64,000 nt of DNA, from NCBI GenBank assembly GCA_022705945.1, contig JAKJDL010000002.1, forward strand, positions 191,150 to 255,149, in the 5' to 3' direction. Position numbers and translations under genes: made by a program. Of the stretch, positions 37,260 to 47,171 are shown in pieces. Each line of letters starts with the position of its first letter. The first letter of the stretch is position 1. This DNA comes from Candidatus Omnitrophota bacterium (GTDB taxonomy: Bacteria > Omnitrophota > Omnitrophia > Omnitrophales > Aquincolibacteriaceae). The notes beneath the pieces are model-generated. The model did not search any database. It saw only the letters and a program-made list of their open reading frames with translations, and was not told the DNA's origin.

Positions 37260-37268
37260 TGATATAAT
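37260..37268 (+). promoter_or_regulatory. extended -10 promoter (TGaTATAAT) for the aminotransferase gene
   Basis: TTGATATAATTCC at 37259; a 45-nt leader with a GGAAAGGAA SD precedes ATG 37325. Confidence 0.45.
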
Positions 37269-37324
37269 TCCGCATAATTCCACACGACTTCACTTCATAT
37301 TCAGACTTTCTGGGAAAGGAATTT

Positions 37325-38521
37325 ATGCTTAAGACACCGCTCACGATCGAACCCACGGGCCGGCTCCAAAAACTGCCCCCCTACCTTTTTGCCGAGATTG
37401 ACCGGAAGAAGCGTGAACTCATCGCCAAGGGCAAGGATGTGATCGATCTGGGGGTGGGTGATCCGGACATTCCGACACCGGACTTTATTGTCCGGGCGCT
37501 TCAGAAAGCGGCCGAGAATCCGAAAAACCACCGCTACGCCTTGGATCAGGGGATGCCCGAACTCAGGGAGGCAATCTGCGACTGGTTCCTCGAACGTTTT
37601 CAGGTCAAACTTGACGCTGATAAGGAGATACTCCCTCTTATCGGTTCCAAGGAAGGGATCGGCCACCTTCCCCTTGCGGTGATCAACCCCGGGCAGGTCT
37701 GTCTGATTCCGGATCCGGGATACCCTGTTTACCGTTCGGGCACGCTGTTTGCGGAAGGGATCCCTTACACGATGCCGCTTCTTGAGCAGAATCATTACCT
37801 TCCGGATTTCAGCGCGATTCCCGCAGATGTGCTCAAAAACGCAAAGTTGATGTTTCTGAATTACCCGAACAACCCGACCTCGCAAGTCGCAACCAGGGCC
37901 TTTTTTGAGGAGGCTGTTAAATTCGCCCACCAACATAAGATCCTGATTGCCCATGACGCGGCCTATTCGGAGATGACTTATGACGGTTACAAGTCTCCGA
38001 GCATTCTCGAATTGCCGGGAGCCAAGGAAGTGGCGGTTGAACTTTTTTCGCTTTCAAAAACCTATAACATGACGGGATGGCGCATCGGGTTTGCGGTCGG
38101 CCATCCCCAAGCGCTTTCGCTGCTCGCAAAGGTGAAATCCAATCTTGATTCCGGTATATTCCAGGCTGTTCAGATTGCCGGGATTGCGGCGCTTAAAGAA
38201 GGGGCAGAGGCGCTTCAGCAGAATCTCAAGATCTACCGGGAACGTCGAGATCTTCTGATCGGTGGCCTGAACCAGCTCGGATTCAAAGTGGATCCTCCGC
38301 GCGCGACGTTCTACTGCTGGATTCCGGTTCCCCCCGGTTATACGTCCGCAGAGCTTTGCCTGAAATTCCTTGAGGAGATGAACATTGTGGTTACTCCGGG
38401 GAACGGGTTCGGGCCGAACGGGGAAGGCTACTTCAGGATTTCCCTCACGGTTGCGGAATCCAGGTTGATGGAAGCTCTCGACCGGATCAGGAAAAGTCAT
38501 CCGAACCGTTCCCAACTTTAA
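37325..38521 (+). CDS. class I/II aminotransferase, LL-diaminopimelate aminotransferase (DapL)-like
   Basis: PLP-lysine region SLSKTYNMTGWRIGF, LFAEIDRK N-terminus typical of DapL-type enzymes, NYPNNPT. Confidence 0.75.
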   Translation: MLKTPLTIEPTGRLQKLPPYLFAEIDRKKRELIAKGKDVIDLGVGDPDIPTPDFIVRALQKAAENPKNHRYALDQGMPELREAICDWFLERFQVKLDADKEILPLIGSKEGIGHLPLAVINPGQVCLIPDPGYPVYRSGTLFAEGIPYTMPLLEQNHYLPDFSAIPADVLKNAKLMFLNYPNNPTSQVATRAFFEEAVKFAHQHKILIAHDAAYSEMTYDGYKSPSILELPGAKEVAVELFSLSKTYNMTGWRIGFAVGHPQALSLLAKVKSNLDSGIFQAVQIAGIAALKEGAEALQQNLKIYRERRDLLIGGLNQLGFKVDPPRATFYCWIPVPPGYTSAELCLKFLEEMNIVVTPGNGFGPNGEGYFRISLTVAESRLMEALDRIRKSHPNRSQL

Positions 38522-38534
38522 GATATCCGCTTAC

Positions 38535-39032
38535 TTGTCGGTTTTACTTACGGCATCACGAGGTCTTGTGCCCACGGTTTTTGTCGGAGTCGGTTCCAAT
38601 CTCGGAGACAGGGAGTCGTTTTTCAGTTTTGCCCGCGCCCGCTTGGAGGATCACCCGGGGATTTCGCGGGTAGCGTGTTCCCCGACTTATGAGACCGACC
38701 CCGTGGACGCAGAGGGAGGCAAATTTCTCAACGCGGTCTGGAGATTCGAGACGGATCTTGTCGCCCATGATGTGCTGGAACTTTTGCGGGAAATCGAAAA
38801 CGGGGCGGGCAGGACCCGTAGCGGCCGTCATAATGCGAGGACGCTTGATCTGGATCTGCTTGTTTATGGCGAGGAAATGATCCATGAAAAAGGGATGACG
38901 GTTCCGCACCCGAGAATGCATGAACGGTATTTTGTGCTGAAGCCGTTTTGTGATCTCGCGCCTGAATGGACGCATCCGGTATTGAAACGGACAGCGAGAG
39001 AGCTTTTGACCGGTTTGGGACGGGGGAAATAA
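38535..39032 (+). CDS. folK: 2-amino-4-hydroxy-6-hydroxymethyldihydropteridine pyrophosphokinase
   Basis: GSNLGDRE, YETDPV, LDLDLL, HPRMHERYFVL motifs. Confidence 0.85.
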   Translation: MSVLLTASRGLVPTVFVGVGSNLGDRESFFSFARARLEDHPGISRVACSPTYETDPVDAEGGKFLNAVWRFETDLVAHDVLELLREIENGAGRTRSGRHNARTLDLDLLVYGEEMIHEKGMTVPHPRMHERYFVLKPFCDLAPEWTHPVLKRTARELLTGLGRGK

Positions 39033-39072
39033 AAGATGCGGGATTTTTAAAAGAACGGCTGAAATCTGAAAT

Positions 39073-39933
39073 ATGAAGATCATCAAGGATCCGGTTCAAT
39101 TAAAGCAGATACTGGTCGGGGAAAGAAAACTTGGGAGAACGGTAGGGTTTGTACCCACAATGGGCGCTCTCCATGAGGGACATCTTTCGCTGGTCCGCGC
39201 TTCGAAATGCGAGAATGATATTACCGTCGTCAGTATCTTCGTCAATCCGACCCAGTTTGCCCCGGGGGAGGACCTGAAGAAATATCCCCGGGTTTTCAAA
39301 AGGGACTGCGGGATGCTCGGTAAATGCGGGGTGGATTATCTTTTTTATCCTTCCGTCCGGGCGATGTATCCCGAAGGGTTTTCGAAACCCCTACGCATCA
39401 GAAACGCAAAATGGCCGCGACTGGCAAGGTCCCTGTGCGGGAAGTTCCGTCCCGGACACTTCCGGGGCGTTGTGACCGTTGTCGCGAAACTGCTCGATAT
39501 TGTTTTTCCGGATAAGCTCTATCTTGGATCGAAGGATTATCAGCAGGCCGCGGTTCTGCAACAGATGGTGAAGGATCTCCGGTTGAATGTTAAGGTGCGG
39601 TTAATGCCGACCGTGCGTGAAAAAAGCGGTCTGGCGATGAGCTCTCGCAACCGGTATCTTTCGATCGTGGATCGAAAACGGAGTGAAAAGATATCCCGGG
39701 TTCTTCTCGAGCTCGGCAGGGAGCTTGAAAAAAACAAGGAGCCGGTTTCTAAACTGAAAAGCAGGGCGCTGTCTGAATTAAAAAAACATGTCGATCGGGT
39801 CCAATATCTTGAAATCGTGAACGCCCGGACACTGGCTCCGGTTCGGGCCCGGTGTGCGGAAATGGGGGTTCTGACGGCCTGTTTTGTTGGCAAGACAAGG
39901 CTGATCGATAATGTTATAATCCGAAGCCGTTGA
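39073..39933 (+). CDS. panC: pantoate--beta-alanine ligase
   Basis: VGFVPTMGALHEGHLSLV HIGH-like motif and overall PanC layout. Confidence 0.9.
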   Translation: MKIIKDPVQLKQILVGERKLGRTVGFVPTMGALHEGHLSLVRASKCENDITVVSIFVNPTQFAPGEDLKKYPRVFKRDCGMLGKCGVDYLFYPSVRAMYPEGFSKPLRIRNAKWPRLARSLCGKFRPGHFRGVVTVVAKLLDIVFPDKLYLGSKDYQQAAVLQQMVKDLRLNVKVRLMPTVREKSGLAMSSRNRYLSIVDRKRSEKISRVLLELGRELEKNKEPVSKLKSRALSELKKHVDRVQYLEIVNARTLAPVRARCAEMGVLTACFVGKTRLIDNVIIRSR

Positions 39934-40018
39934 CGCATCGAACGGGACGCAGGGCTGACAGAAAAGAATTCTCTCAGGTTGATTATTTCCCATATGGTTT
40001 TCTTGGAACGGAGAATGT

Positions 40019-40375
40019 ATGTTAAGACAAATGCTTAAAGGAAAGATCCACCGCGCGACGGTGACCGAAGCATGTATTGATTATGAAGGAAGCGTTACGA
40101 TTGATAGCAAGCTTTTGAAAGCCGCTGATATTTTGCCTTATGAAAAAGTCCTTATTGCGAATCTCAACAATGGCTCCCGCATCGAAAGTTATGCGATCGG
40201 CGGCGCTCCCGGGTCCGGAGTTGTTTGCCTTAACGGGGGAGCGGCCCGGCACGGTAAGCCGGGAGATATCCTTATCATTTTGGCCTTCGGGGTTTTTTCT
40301 CCCGGGGAAGTCCGGAGATACCGTCCCAGGGTTGTTTATGTCGATGGCAAGAACCGGATTATTAAAAAACGGTGA
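40019..40375 (+). CDS. panD: aspartate 1-decarboxylase
   Basis: [29 protein letters not shown] with the G-S self-cleavage site. Confidence 0.9.
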   Translation: MLRQMLKGKIHRATVTEACIDYEGSVTIDSKLLKAADILPYEKVLIANLNNGSRIESYAIGGAPGSGVVCLNGGAARHGKPGDILIILAFGVFSPGEVRRYRPRVVYVDGKNRIIKKR

Positions 40376-40405
40376 TGGGGAAAATCTGACGGTCTTTTCA
40401 ATACG

Positions 40406-41236
40406 ATGAGAAAATTTAAAGTAGGGATTATCGGATGCGGGGCTATCGGGACGGCGTTGGCCCGCGTCCTTATCCGGGACCGGAAGCTCAGTTTTCGTGC
40501 GGTTCTCTCGGCTGTTTCCGACAAGGATCCGAAACAGGCTGAAAAACTTCTTGCGCGGATCGGGAAAAAACTCCCGGTCGTTTCGATACCGGCGATTGTC
40601 AAACATTGCGATTTCATCATCGAAGCCGCCCATCCCGGCATATCGTCTTCAGTCGCATCTCTTGCCCTCAAGAACAACAAATACGTTCTAATCATGAGCG
40701 TCGGGGGACTTTTAAAATTCCCGTTCAACAGGCTCAAAGCGCTCATCGCAAAAACGTCGGGACGTCTTTACTGCCCGTCCGGAGCGATTGCGGGTGTCGA
40801 CGCATTACTTGCTACGCAGACGACCAAAGGGCTTCGTCGCGTCCGGCTTAAGACGACCAAGCCGCTCCGGGCTTTAAAGGGCGCGCCGTATTTTGAAAAG
40901 CATCCCTTTCCTGTTTTTAAATCGGGGGAAGAGAAAAAGCTGATTTTTCGAGGAAATGCGCTTCAGGCGAGCCGGGCGTTCCCGCAGAATATCAACGTGG
41001 CGGCGATTCTGAGTCTGGCCGGGCTCGGCCCCCAAAAAACTGAAGTTGAGATCTGGGCGGCACAGATTGCCGGAACGAACCGGCACGAGATCTGCATCGA
41101 AGGGGATTTCGGCACGATCCGCACAACAACCGATAATTTCCCCGCTCCTGATAATCCGAAGACGAGCTATTTGGCGATTCTTTCCGCAGAAGCGACTCTC
41201 CGAAAAGCTTTTACGACTCTCCGGCTCGGAACCTGA
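40406..41236 (+). CDS. L-aspartate dehydrogenase (NadX/DUF108 family)
   Basis: Blocks shared with Thermotoga-type AspDH: IGCGAIG, CPSGAIAGVDAL, FPQNINVAA, APDNPKTSYL. Confidence 0.75.
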   Translation: MRKFKVGIIGCGAIGTALARVLIRDRKLSFRAVLSAVSDKDPKQAEKLLARIGKKLPVVSIPAIVKHCDFIIEAAHPGISSSVASLALKNNKYVLIMSVGGLLKFPFNRLKALIAKTSGRLYCPSGAIAGVDALLATQTTKGLRRVRLKTTKPLRALKGAPYFEKHPFPVFKSGEEKKLIFRGNALQASRAFPQNINVAAILSLAGLGPQKTEVEIWAAQIAGTNRHEICIEGDFGTIRTTTDNFPAPDNPKTSYLAILSAEATLRKAFTTLRLGT

Positions 41237-41245
41237 TAAAGGGAT

Positions 41246-44023
41246 ATGAGGGAAGCCATTGAGGTCCGGGGGGCACGTGAACACAATCTCAAATCCCTGT
41301 CAGTCAGAATACCCCGCAATCAGTTCACTGTAATCACGGGTCTTTCCGGCTCAGGGAAGTCCTCGCTGGCCTTTGATACCATCTACGCCGAAGGCCAGCG
41401 CCGTTACCTCGAAAGTCTCTCCTCCTACGCCAAACAATTTCTTGAAAAGATGAAAAAGCCGGATGTGGATTATATATCCGGACTTTCCCCCGCGATCGCG
41501 ATCGAACAACGCTCGGCTACCCACAATCCGCGCTCAACGGTAGCGACCGTCACGGAGATCTACGATTATTTAAGACTTCTTTTCGCGAAAGTCGGAACGG
41601 CGCATTGTCCTTCCTGCGCACTTCCGTTGAAAGGTCAATCGAGGGAGGATATTTTCAGAGATATCCTGAATTCCTTCAACGGCCGTGAGGTCCAGATATT
41701 GGCGCCGATCGTTCGCGGCCGCAAAGGGGAGTATCAGAAGGTTTTCCGGGATATTTTGAAAAAAGGGCATGATCGTGTCAGGATTGACGGCGAGGAGAAG
41801 TTTCTCACTCCTGAAACCAAATTGAGAAAATCGGTCCGCCACGACATTGAAATCATTGTTGACGAACTGGTTGTTGAGAAGGGAGCCGATCTCAGGCGTT
41901 TCCGGGGTTCGCTTGACTGCGCGCTTGAACTTACGGAAGGCCATGCCGCGGTTCTGGATAAAGACTCCCGGGAGCGCGATCCCCGTTTTTTTTCCACATC
42001 AAAGAGTTGCCCTTCCTGTCAAATCAGCCTGCCGGATCTCACGCCGAACATGTTTTCGTTCAATAGCCCTTATGGCGCCTGCCCCAAATGCAAGGGGTTG
42101 GGGAAGCTGTCGCAGATCTACTCCAGGGGAGTGATCGCGGACCCGTCGAAACCTTTTATGAACGCCCTGAACAAGGATGTTTTCTTTTCATTCAATAAAT
42201 ATTTTTTCGAAGATCTCCTGCATGATCTTTCACATAAATATAACTTTGAATGGAATACCCCTTACGGAGAGTGGCCCGAAGAGGCAAGGGAAGCGTTTTT
42301 GCTGGGGGACGGGGATATTTCGGGTCTTGCTGAAGAATGGGAGCGGTTGTTTCATGAAACAGATTCGGAAATGATTCGCTCGAAGATTCGTAAGTTCCTC
42401 CGCGAGGAGATTTGTAAAGAATGTGACGGAAAGCGGCTCCGTAAAGAAAGTCTTGGCGTCAGGGCGGGAGGAAAAAACATCGCGGAAGTCACCGGGATGG
42501 CAGTGGAGGATGCGGTTCCGTTTTTTAACGGACTTTCTTTTGACGGTAACGAAGCGTTGATTGCGACACCGATCCTCCGCGAAGTTCGCGAGCGTCTCTC
42601 GTTTCTTTCGGATATCGGGCTCGGTTACCTCACGCTTGACCGGGCGGTTTCGTCGCTTGCGGGAGGCGAGCTTCAACGGATCCGGCTTGCAGCTCAGATC
42701 GGACTCGGACTGACGGGGGTTCTTTATGTGCTGGATGAGCCGAGTATCGGATTGCATCCCAGGGACAACAAAAAACTTCTGGATGCCCTTGAGAGGCTCC
42801 GCGATTTGAAAAATACGGTTCTGGTCGTGGAGCACGACGAAGAAACGATCCGTCGCGCCGACCATGTGATTGACCTCGGTCCTGGCGCCGGAACGGAAGG
42901 CGGGGAGGTTGTCGCCGAAGGAGCGGTCGGCAATATGGGGGACTGCCCCCGTTCGGTCACAATGAAATACCTTCGGGGAGAGCTTTCCATTGATGTTCCG
43001 GAAAAAAGAAAAGACTATCGCAGGGCGCCGAAATTAAAATTGAAAGGATGCGCCGAGCACAACCTGAAGGGGTTCGATGTCGAATTCCCGCTGGGTCTTT
43101 TGGTGTGTGTGACGGGTGTTTCGGGTTCCGGGAAAAGCACGATGGTTCACGATATTCTTTATAAGGAATTGCATAACCGGCTCTGGAAAACCGGATATCA
43201 TGTCGGCAAATTCGATTCAATCGAGGGCGCGTCCCGGATCGACAAGGTGATCGAGATCGATCAGGCTCCGATCGGCCGGACCCCGAGGTCGAATCCCGCC
43301 ACATACACGGACATTTTCGGTTTTATCAGGCGGCTTTTCAGCTCGCTTGAAATTTCGAAGCTTCGGAGGTATTCGCAGTCCCGTTTCAGTTTTAATTTAA
43401 AAGGAGGACGCTGCGAAAAATGCCGCGGTGCCGGTTTTGAAAAGCTCGAAATGAGCTTTATGCCCGACATCTTTGTTGTTTGCGAGGAATGCCGGGGGAA
43501 ACGATATAACTTGCCGACACTCGAGGTCCGTTATCAGGGGAAGAACATTGCGGAAGTTTTGGACCTCTCGGTCCGTGACGCGAAGGAGTTTTTCTCAAGG
43601 TTCTCCGTGATCCGGGAAAAGTTGGAAGTTCTGGATTCGATTGGCCTCGGATACGTCAAGCTTGGCCAGCCTTCGATAACCCTTTCGGGAGGGGAGGCGC
43701 AGCGCATCAAGATAGCTTCCGAACTCATGAAAAAAGCGACCGGGAAAACTCTTTATCTTTTGGATGAACCGACGACCGGACTCCACTTTGCCGATATCAA
43801 AAATCTTCTTCGGGCGCTTTTTGATCTTCGTGAGCAGGGCAATACCGTTGTGGTGATCGAGCATCATCTTGACGTGATCAAAACGGCCGATTACCTGATT
43901 GATCTGGGCCCGGAAGGCGGGCGGGAAGGAGGGAAAGTGGTTGCCTGCGGCTCGCCGGAAGAGGTTGCGGGGGTTGAAACCTCCTATACAGGACGGTTCT
44001 TGAAAGAAATGCTTCGCGGATGA
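41246..44023 (+). CDS. uvrA: excinuclease ABC subunit A
   Basis: Two ABC ATPase modules with Walker A (GLSGSGKSSLAFDTIYAEGQRRY, GVSGSGKST) and zinc-finger Cys clusters. Confidence 0.95.
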   Translation: MREAIEVRGAREHNLKSLSVRIPRNQFTVITGLSGSGKSSLAFDTIYAEGQRRYLESLSSYAKQFLEKMKKPDVDYISGLSPAIAIEQRSATHNPRSTVATVTEIYDYLRLLFAKVGTAHCPSCALPLKGQSREDIFRDILNSFNGREVQILAPIVRGRKGEYQKVFRDILKKGHDRVRIDGEEKFLTPETKLRKSVRHDIEIIVDELVVEKGADLRRFRGSLDCALELTEGHAAVLDKDSRERDPRFFSTSKSCPSCQISLPDLTPNMFSFNSPYGACPKCKGLGKLSQIYSRGVIADPSKPFMNALNKDVFFSFNKYFFEDLLHDLSHKYNFEWNTPYGEWPEEAREAFLLGDGDISGLAEEWERLFHETDSEMIRSKIRKFLREEICKECDGKRLRKESLGVRAGGKNIAEVTGMAVEDAVPFFNGLSFDGNEALIATPILREVRERLSFLSDIGLGYLTLDRAVSSLAGGELQRIRLAAQIGLGLTGVLYVLDEPSIGLHPRDNKKLLDALERLRDLKNTVLVVEHDEETIRRADHVIDLGPGAGTEGGEVVAEGAVGNMGDCPRSVTMKYLRGELSIDVPEKRKDYRRAPKLKLKGCAEHNLKGFDVEFPLGLLVCVTGVSGSGKSTMVHDILYKELHNRLWKTGYHVGKFDSIEGASRIDKVIEIDQAPIGRTPRSNPATYTDIFGFIRRLFSSLEISKLRRYSQSRFSFNLKGGRCEKCRGAGFEKLEMSFMPDIFVVCEECRGKRYNLPTLEVRYQGKNIAEVLDLSVRDAKEFFSRFSVIREKLEVLDSIGLGYVKLGQPSITLSGGEAQRIKIASELMKKATGKTLYLLDEPTTGLHFADIKNLLRALFDLREQGNTVVVIEHHLDVIKTADYLIDLGPEGGREGGKVVACGSPEEVAGVETSYTGRFLKEMLRG

Positions 44024-44131
44024 TGATGCTTGCTAGTTTTTATTATTACAAATTCCTTTCGCTTAAAGTTTTTTCATGTTACATTATGCCATAGGGTTTA
44101 ATGTAAATTCACTGATTGGAGGACCCCCCAA

Positions 44132-44335
44132 ATGATCATGGAGATTGGAATTGTAGCTGGTGAGATATGGCATTATCTTGATGAGTGTCATAGCGCCAAT
44201 CTTGATCAGCTAACGAAAGGGACCAAGCGTCCGCGGGAACTCGTGCTGATGAGTCTTGGTTGGCTTGCGCGCGAAGGCCATGTGTCACTGGGAACGCCGG
44301 AAGGCGGTTATACCGCAACGTTGAACCGTAGATAA
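44132..44335 (+). CDS. small winged-helix domain protein (hypothetical)
   Basis: 67 aa with a GGAGGA RBS; helix-turn-wing pattern. Confidence 0.5.
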   Translation: MIMEIGIVAGEIWHYLDECHSANLDQLTKGTKRPRELVLMSLGWLAREGHVSLGTPEGGYTATLNRR

Positions 44336-44340
44336 TCCGA

Positions 44341-44661
44341 GTGAAACACTGTTGCATCGTTTCCGCTGTTTCAAATCTTAAAGAGGCCCGCAAAATAGCG
44401 GGCCTTTTGCTTTTCAAAAAACTTGCCGCATGTGTCCAGCTTGTTCCCGGCATGGAATCACATTACAGATGGAAAGGGAAGAAAGAGACAGCCGGGGAAA
44501 TTCTCGTTTTGATCAAAACCCGAATGTCCCTTTACAAAAAGGTCGAGTCGGCTATCTTGAAACATCATCCCTACGAAGTCCCCGAAATTATCTGCCTGCC
44601 TGTTTCAAAGGGAAGTAAAGTCTATCTGGATTGGATGAGTTCTGAAACGTCCGCGAAGTAA
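44341..44661 (+). CDS. cutA: divalent-cation tolerance protein CutA
   Basis: CutA1 fold signature (CIVSAVSNLKEARKIAGLLLFKKLAACVQL...YRWKGK...HPYEVPE). Confidence 0.85.
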   Translation: MKHCCIVSAVSNLKEARKIAGLLLFKKLAACVQLVPGMESHYRWKGKKETAGEILVLIKTRMSLYKKVESAILKHHPYEVPEIICLPVSKGSKVYLDWMSSETSAK

Positions 44662-45216
44662 TCAGATTTTCGGGGGGGAAACAGCGATAAAAACTTTTAC
44701 GGGTTTTGCGCTTTCGTTCGAGATCTGATGCGGCAGGGAAGCATCGAAGTAAAGCGATTCTTGGGATTTTAGAACGATCTCTTCCTGATCCAGTTTGACC
44801 TTGACGCTTCCGTCCAGTACCCAGATGAACTTTTCGACGCCGCGTTCGTTAGATTCTTTTTCGGTTTTCCCGCCCCCCTGAAGGGTCAATAGGAGGGGGG
44901 TGATCTTTTTCTTGGAGCTTTCCTGGGTCAGCAGTTCGACGTGAATGTCCTTGGTGTGGAGGGTGATCTTGCGCGCATCCTTGCCCTGGCGGGCGATCTG
45001 CTCATAGCGTTTATCAACGCCGGAGTAAAACTCGGCAAGGCCGATTCCCAGGGCCTCTGCGACCTTTTCATGGCACTCCACCGTGCCGATCATGATCCCG
45101 GTTTCAATGCGTGAGAGGGTGGCTTGGGCGACTCCGGTCTTTTCGGAAATTTCAACTAAAGTAAGCCCCTTGGCTTTTCTGAGTGTCCGCATTCGCTGTC
45201 CCAGGTTCTTGAGCAT
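44662..45216 (-). CDS. XRE-family HTH transcriptional regulator with C-terminal cupin domain
   Basis: HTH_3 (LRKAKGLTLVEISEKTGVAQATLSRIE) plus a cupin beta-barrel; a TAGAAT -10 sits 6 nt upstream of the ATG on the minus strand (leaderless candidate). Confidence 0.8.
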   Translation of the reverse strand: MLKNLGQRMRTLRKAKGLTLVEISEKTGVAQATLSRIETGIMIGTVECHEKVAEALGIGLAEFYSGVDKRYEQIARQGKDARKITLHTKDIHVELLTQESSKKKITPLLLTLQGGGKTEKESNERGVEKFIWVLDGSVKVKLDQEEIVLKSQESLYFDASLPHQISNESAKPVKVFIAVSPPKI

Positions 45217-45363
45217 GGCACCATTCTATTCGGTACAGACTTTAAGTCAACATAGATATGAAAGAAAAGCATAATTATAAATATGTAAATAAATAATATT
45301 AATATTGACAAAATTCAAACTCAGTGATATTGTTTCACCAAAATCAACATAGGAGGTGTTTCA

Positions 45364-45693
45364 ATGTCAAAGCAAGCGAAGATAAAGAAAATCATGGGGA
45401 CGTTTCTGGTGGTGACGTTTTTGGCCGGTGGCCTTACCCTGGCGGCCGCAACGAAGGTTCATGCCGCGCCCAAAGCGGCGGCTCCGGCTGTTAGTGCCCC
45501 GGCGATGATCAATATCAATAAGGCCAACGTTGAAGAGCTGGACAAGATCCGGGGGATCGGACCTGCGATGGCGCAACGGATCGTCGATTTTCGAACGCAA
45601 AACGGCCCGTTCAAGAGCGTTGATGACCTTGTTCAGGTTCGCGGGATCGGCGGCTCCAAGCTCCAGCAGATCAAAAGTCAGGTCACGGTCTGA
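45364..45693 (+). CDS. ComEA-like helix-hairpin-helix DNA-binding protein (secreted)
   Basis: Signal peptide, then tandem HhH (INKANVEELDKIRGIGPAMAQRIVDFR...LVQVRGIGGSKL); strong promoter TTGACA-N16-GATATT and SD. Confidence 0.8.
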   Translation: MSKQAKIKKIMGTFLVVTFLAGGLTLAAATKVHAAPKAAAPAVSAPAMININKANVEELDKIRGIGPAMAQRIVDFRTQNGPFKSVDDLVQVRGIGGSKLQQIKSQVTV

Positions 45694-45781
45694 GCGTTTG
45701 ACCCGTAAGAGGACGTTCCTTGCCGGACCGGTAAGAACCCTGGGGGGGGCCGGCGGGGGATGTCTTCACGATGCCGCTAAA

Positions 45782-46081
45782 ATGAACGATACCGTGAACT
45801 TTAAAATGTCGGAAGGGTATGTAAGATGCCTTCGGAAAGCGGTCGGTCGCACAAGGAATCTGTTTGAATTTCAGGACGGAGTCCCGGATGCAGAGCATAT
45901 TCATGCCGTGAAATCACTCCTTTATGCCGCAATTGAAAGGGCCTGGATGGAATCGGAACGTCTTCTTGGTATCCAGAGGATGTTGAGAGAACTTTTGATG
46001 CTGACGGGGATGCACGGCGATTCAAAATCCGAAGATCGGGAACAGGCCATCCGTATCCTTGCCCGGCTGGATGATTATTAA
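45782..46081 (+). CDS. hypothetical protein (99 aa; may start at TTG 45698)
   Basis: ORF with typical codon usage, no family match; preceded by a G8/G5 homopolymer tract. Confidence 0.3.
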   Translation: MNDTVNFKMSEGYVRCLRKAVGRTRNLFEFQDGVPDAEHIHAVKSLLYAAIERAWMESERLLGIQRMLRELLMLTGMHGDSKSEDREQAIRILARLDDY

Positions 46082-46262
46082 AATTATCGGAATGTGCGTG
46101 ATCTTTAAAACTCAAAGGATGACAATCCCTCAACATCCGGCTTATCGAGACACGGCTTGGCTTGATTAGGGGAGTCCTTTCTGATAGAATTTTCGGACTT
46201 TTAGCCTTCCTGACGGAGTTTGGATTTTCCTAAGGAACCCACATAGAGGCGGATTGGTCCGA

Positions 46263-47171
46263 ATGCCTAAGCCATTGACATTTCAAGGGTTAATACAAGC
46301 GCTGAACCATTATTGGGCTTCCCGGGGTTGTCTTATCATGCAGCCTTACGATCTTGAGGTTGGTGCCGGAACTTTTTCTCCCCATACATTCCTGAGGGCC
46401 CTTGGACCGGAGCCTTGGAGAGCTGCTTATGTGGAGCCTTCCCGTCGCCCCACGGACGGCCGTTATGGAGAGAACCCTCACCGGACCCAACACTACTTCC
46501 AATACCAGGTCATCCTTAAGCCCTCTCCCGAAAATGTTCAGGAGCTTTATCTCGACAGCCTTCGCGCGGTAGGGATCTATCCTCTGGCTCATGATATCCG
46601 TTTCGTGGAAGATGATTGGGAGTCCCCGACACTTGGTTCCTGGGGACTGGGATGGGAGGTCTGGCTTGACAGCCTTGAGATTACCCAGTTCACTTATTTC
46701 CAGCAATGCGGGTCGATCGATCTCGATGTCATCTCTTGCGAGATCACCTACGGTCTTGAGCGTATCGCGATGTTCCTCCAGAAAAAGGATTCGCTTTTCG
46801 ATATCCGGTGGAACGATCACGTGACCTACGGGGATGTCTACTTGCAGAACGAAAGGGAATTTTCGAAGTTTAATTTTGAGGGTTCTGATCCCGAAGTTTA
46901 CAAACGCCACTTTGAGGATTATGAAAAACAGGCCGAGCGGTTGATCGGGCAGGGGATGATACTTCCGGCTTACGATTGTTGCCTCAAAACTTCTCACACA
47001 TTCAACCTGCTTGATGCCCGCGGCGCGGTCAGCGTGAACGAACGACCCCGCTATATTGCCCGGGTCCGCGCTCTCGCCCGGAAGTGTGCCGAAGGATATC
47101 TTAAAAGCCGCGAAGCCCAAGGGTTTCCTCTTCTAAAGAAAAAACCTTCCGGTCGCCGGACGGGGAATTGA
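46263..47171 (+). CDS. glyQ: glycine--tRNA ligase alpha subunit
   Basis: [18 protein letters not shown]...[17 protein letters not shown]-type blocks. Confidence 0.95.
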   Translation: MPKPLTFQGLIQALNHYWASRGCLIMQPYDLEVGAGTFSPHTFLRALGPEPWRAAYVEPSRRPTDGRYGENPHRTQHYFQYQVILKPSPENVQELYLDSLRAVGIYPLAHDIRFVEDDWESPTLGSWGLGWEVWLDSLEITQFTYFQQCGSIDLDVISCEITYGLERIAMFLQKKDSLFDIRWNDHVTYGDVYLQNEREFSKFNFEGSDPEVYKRHFEDYEKQAERLIGQGMILPAYDCCLKTSHTFNLLDARGAVSVNERPRYIARVRALARKCAEGYLKSREAQGFPLLKKKPSGRRTGN

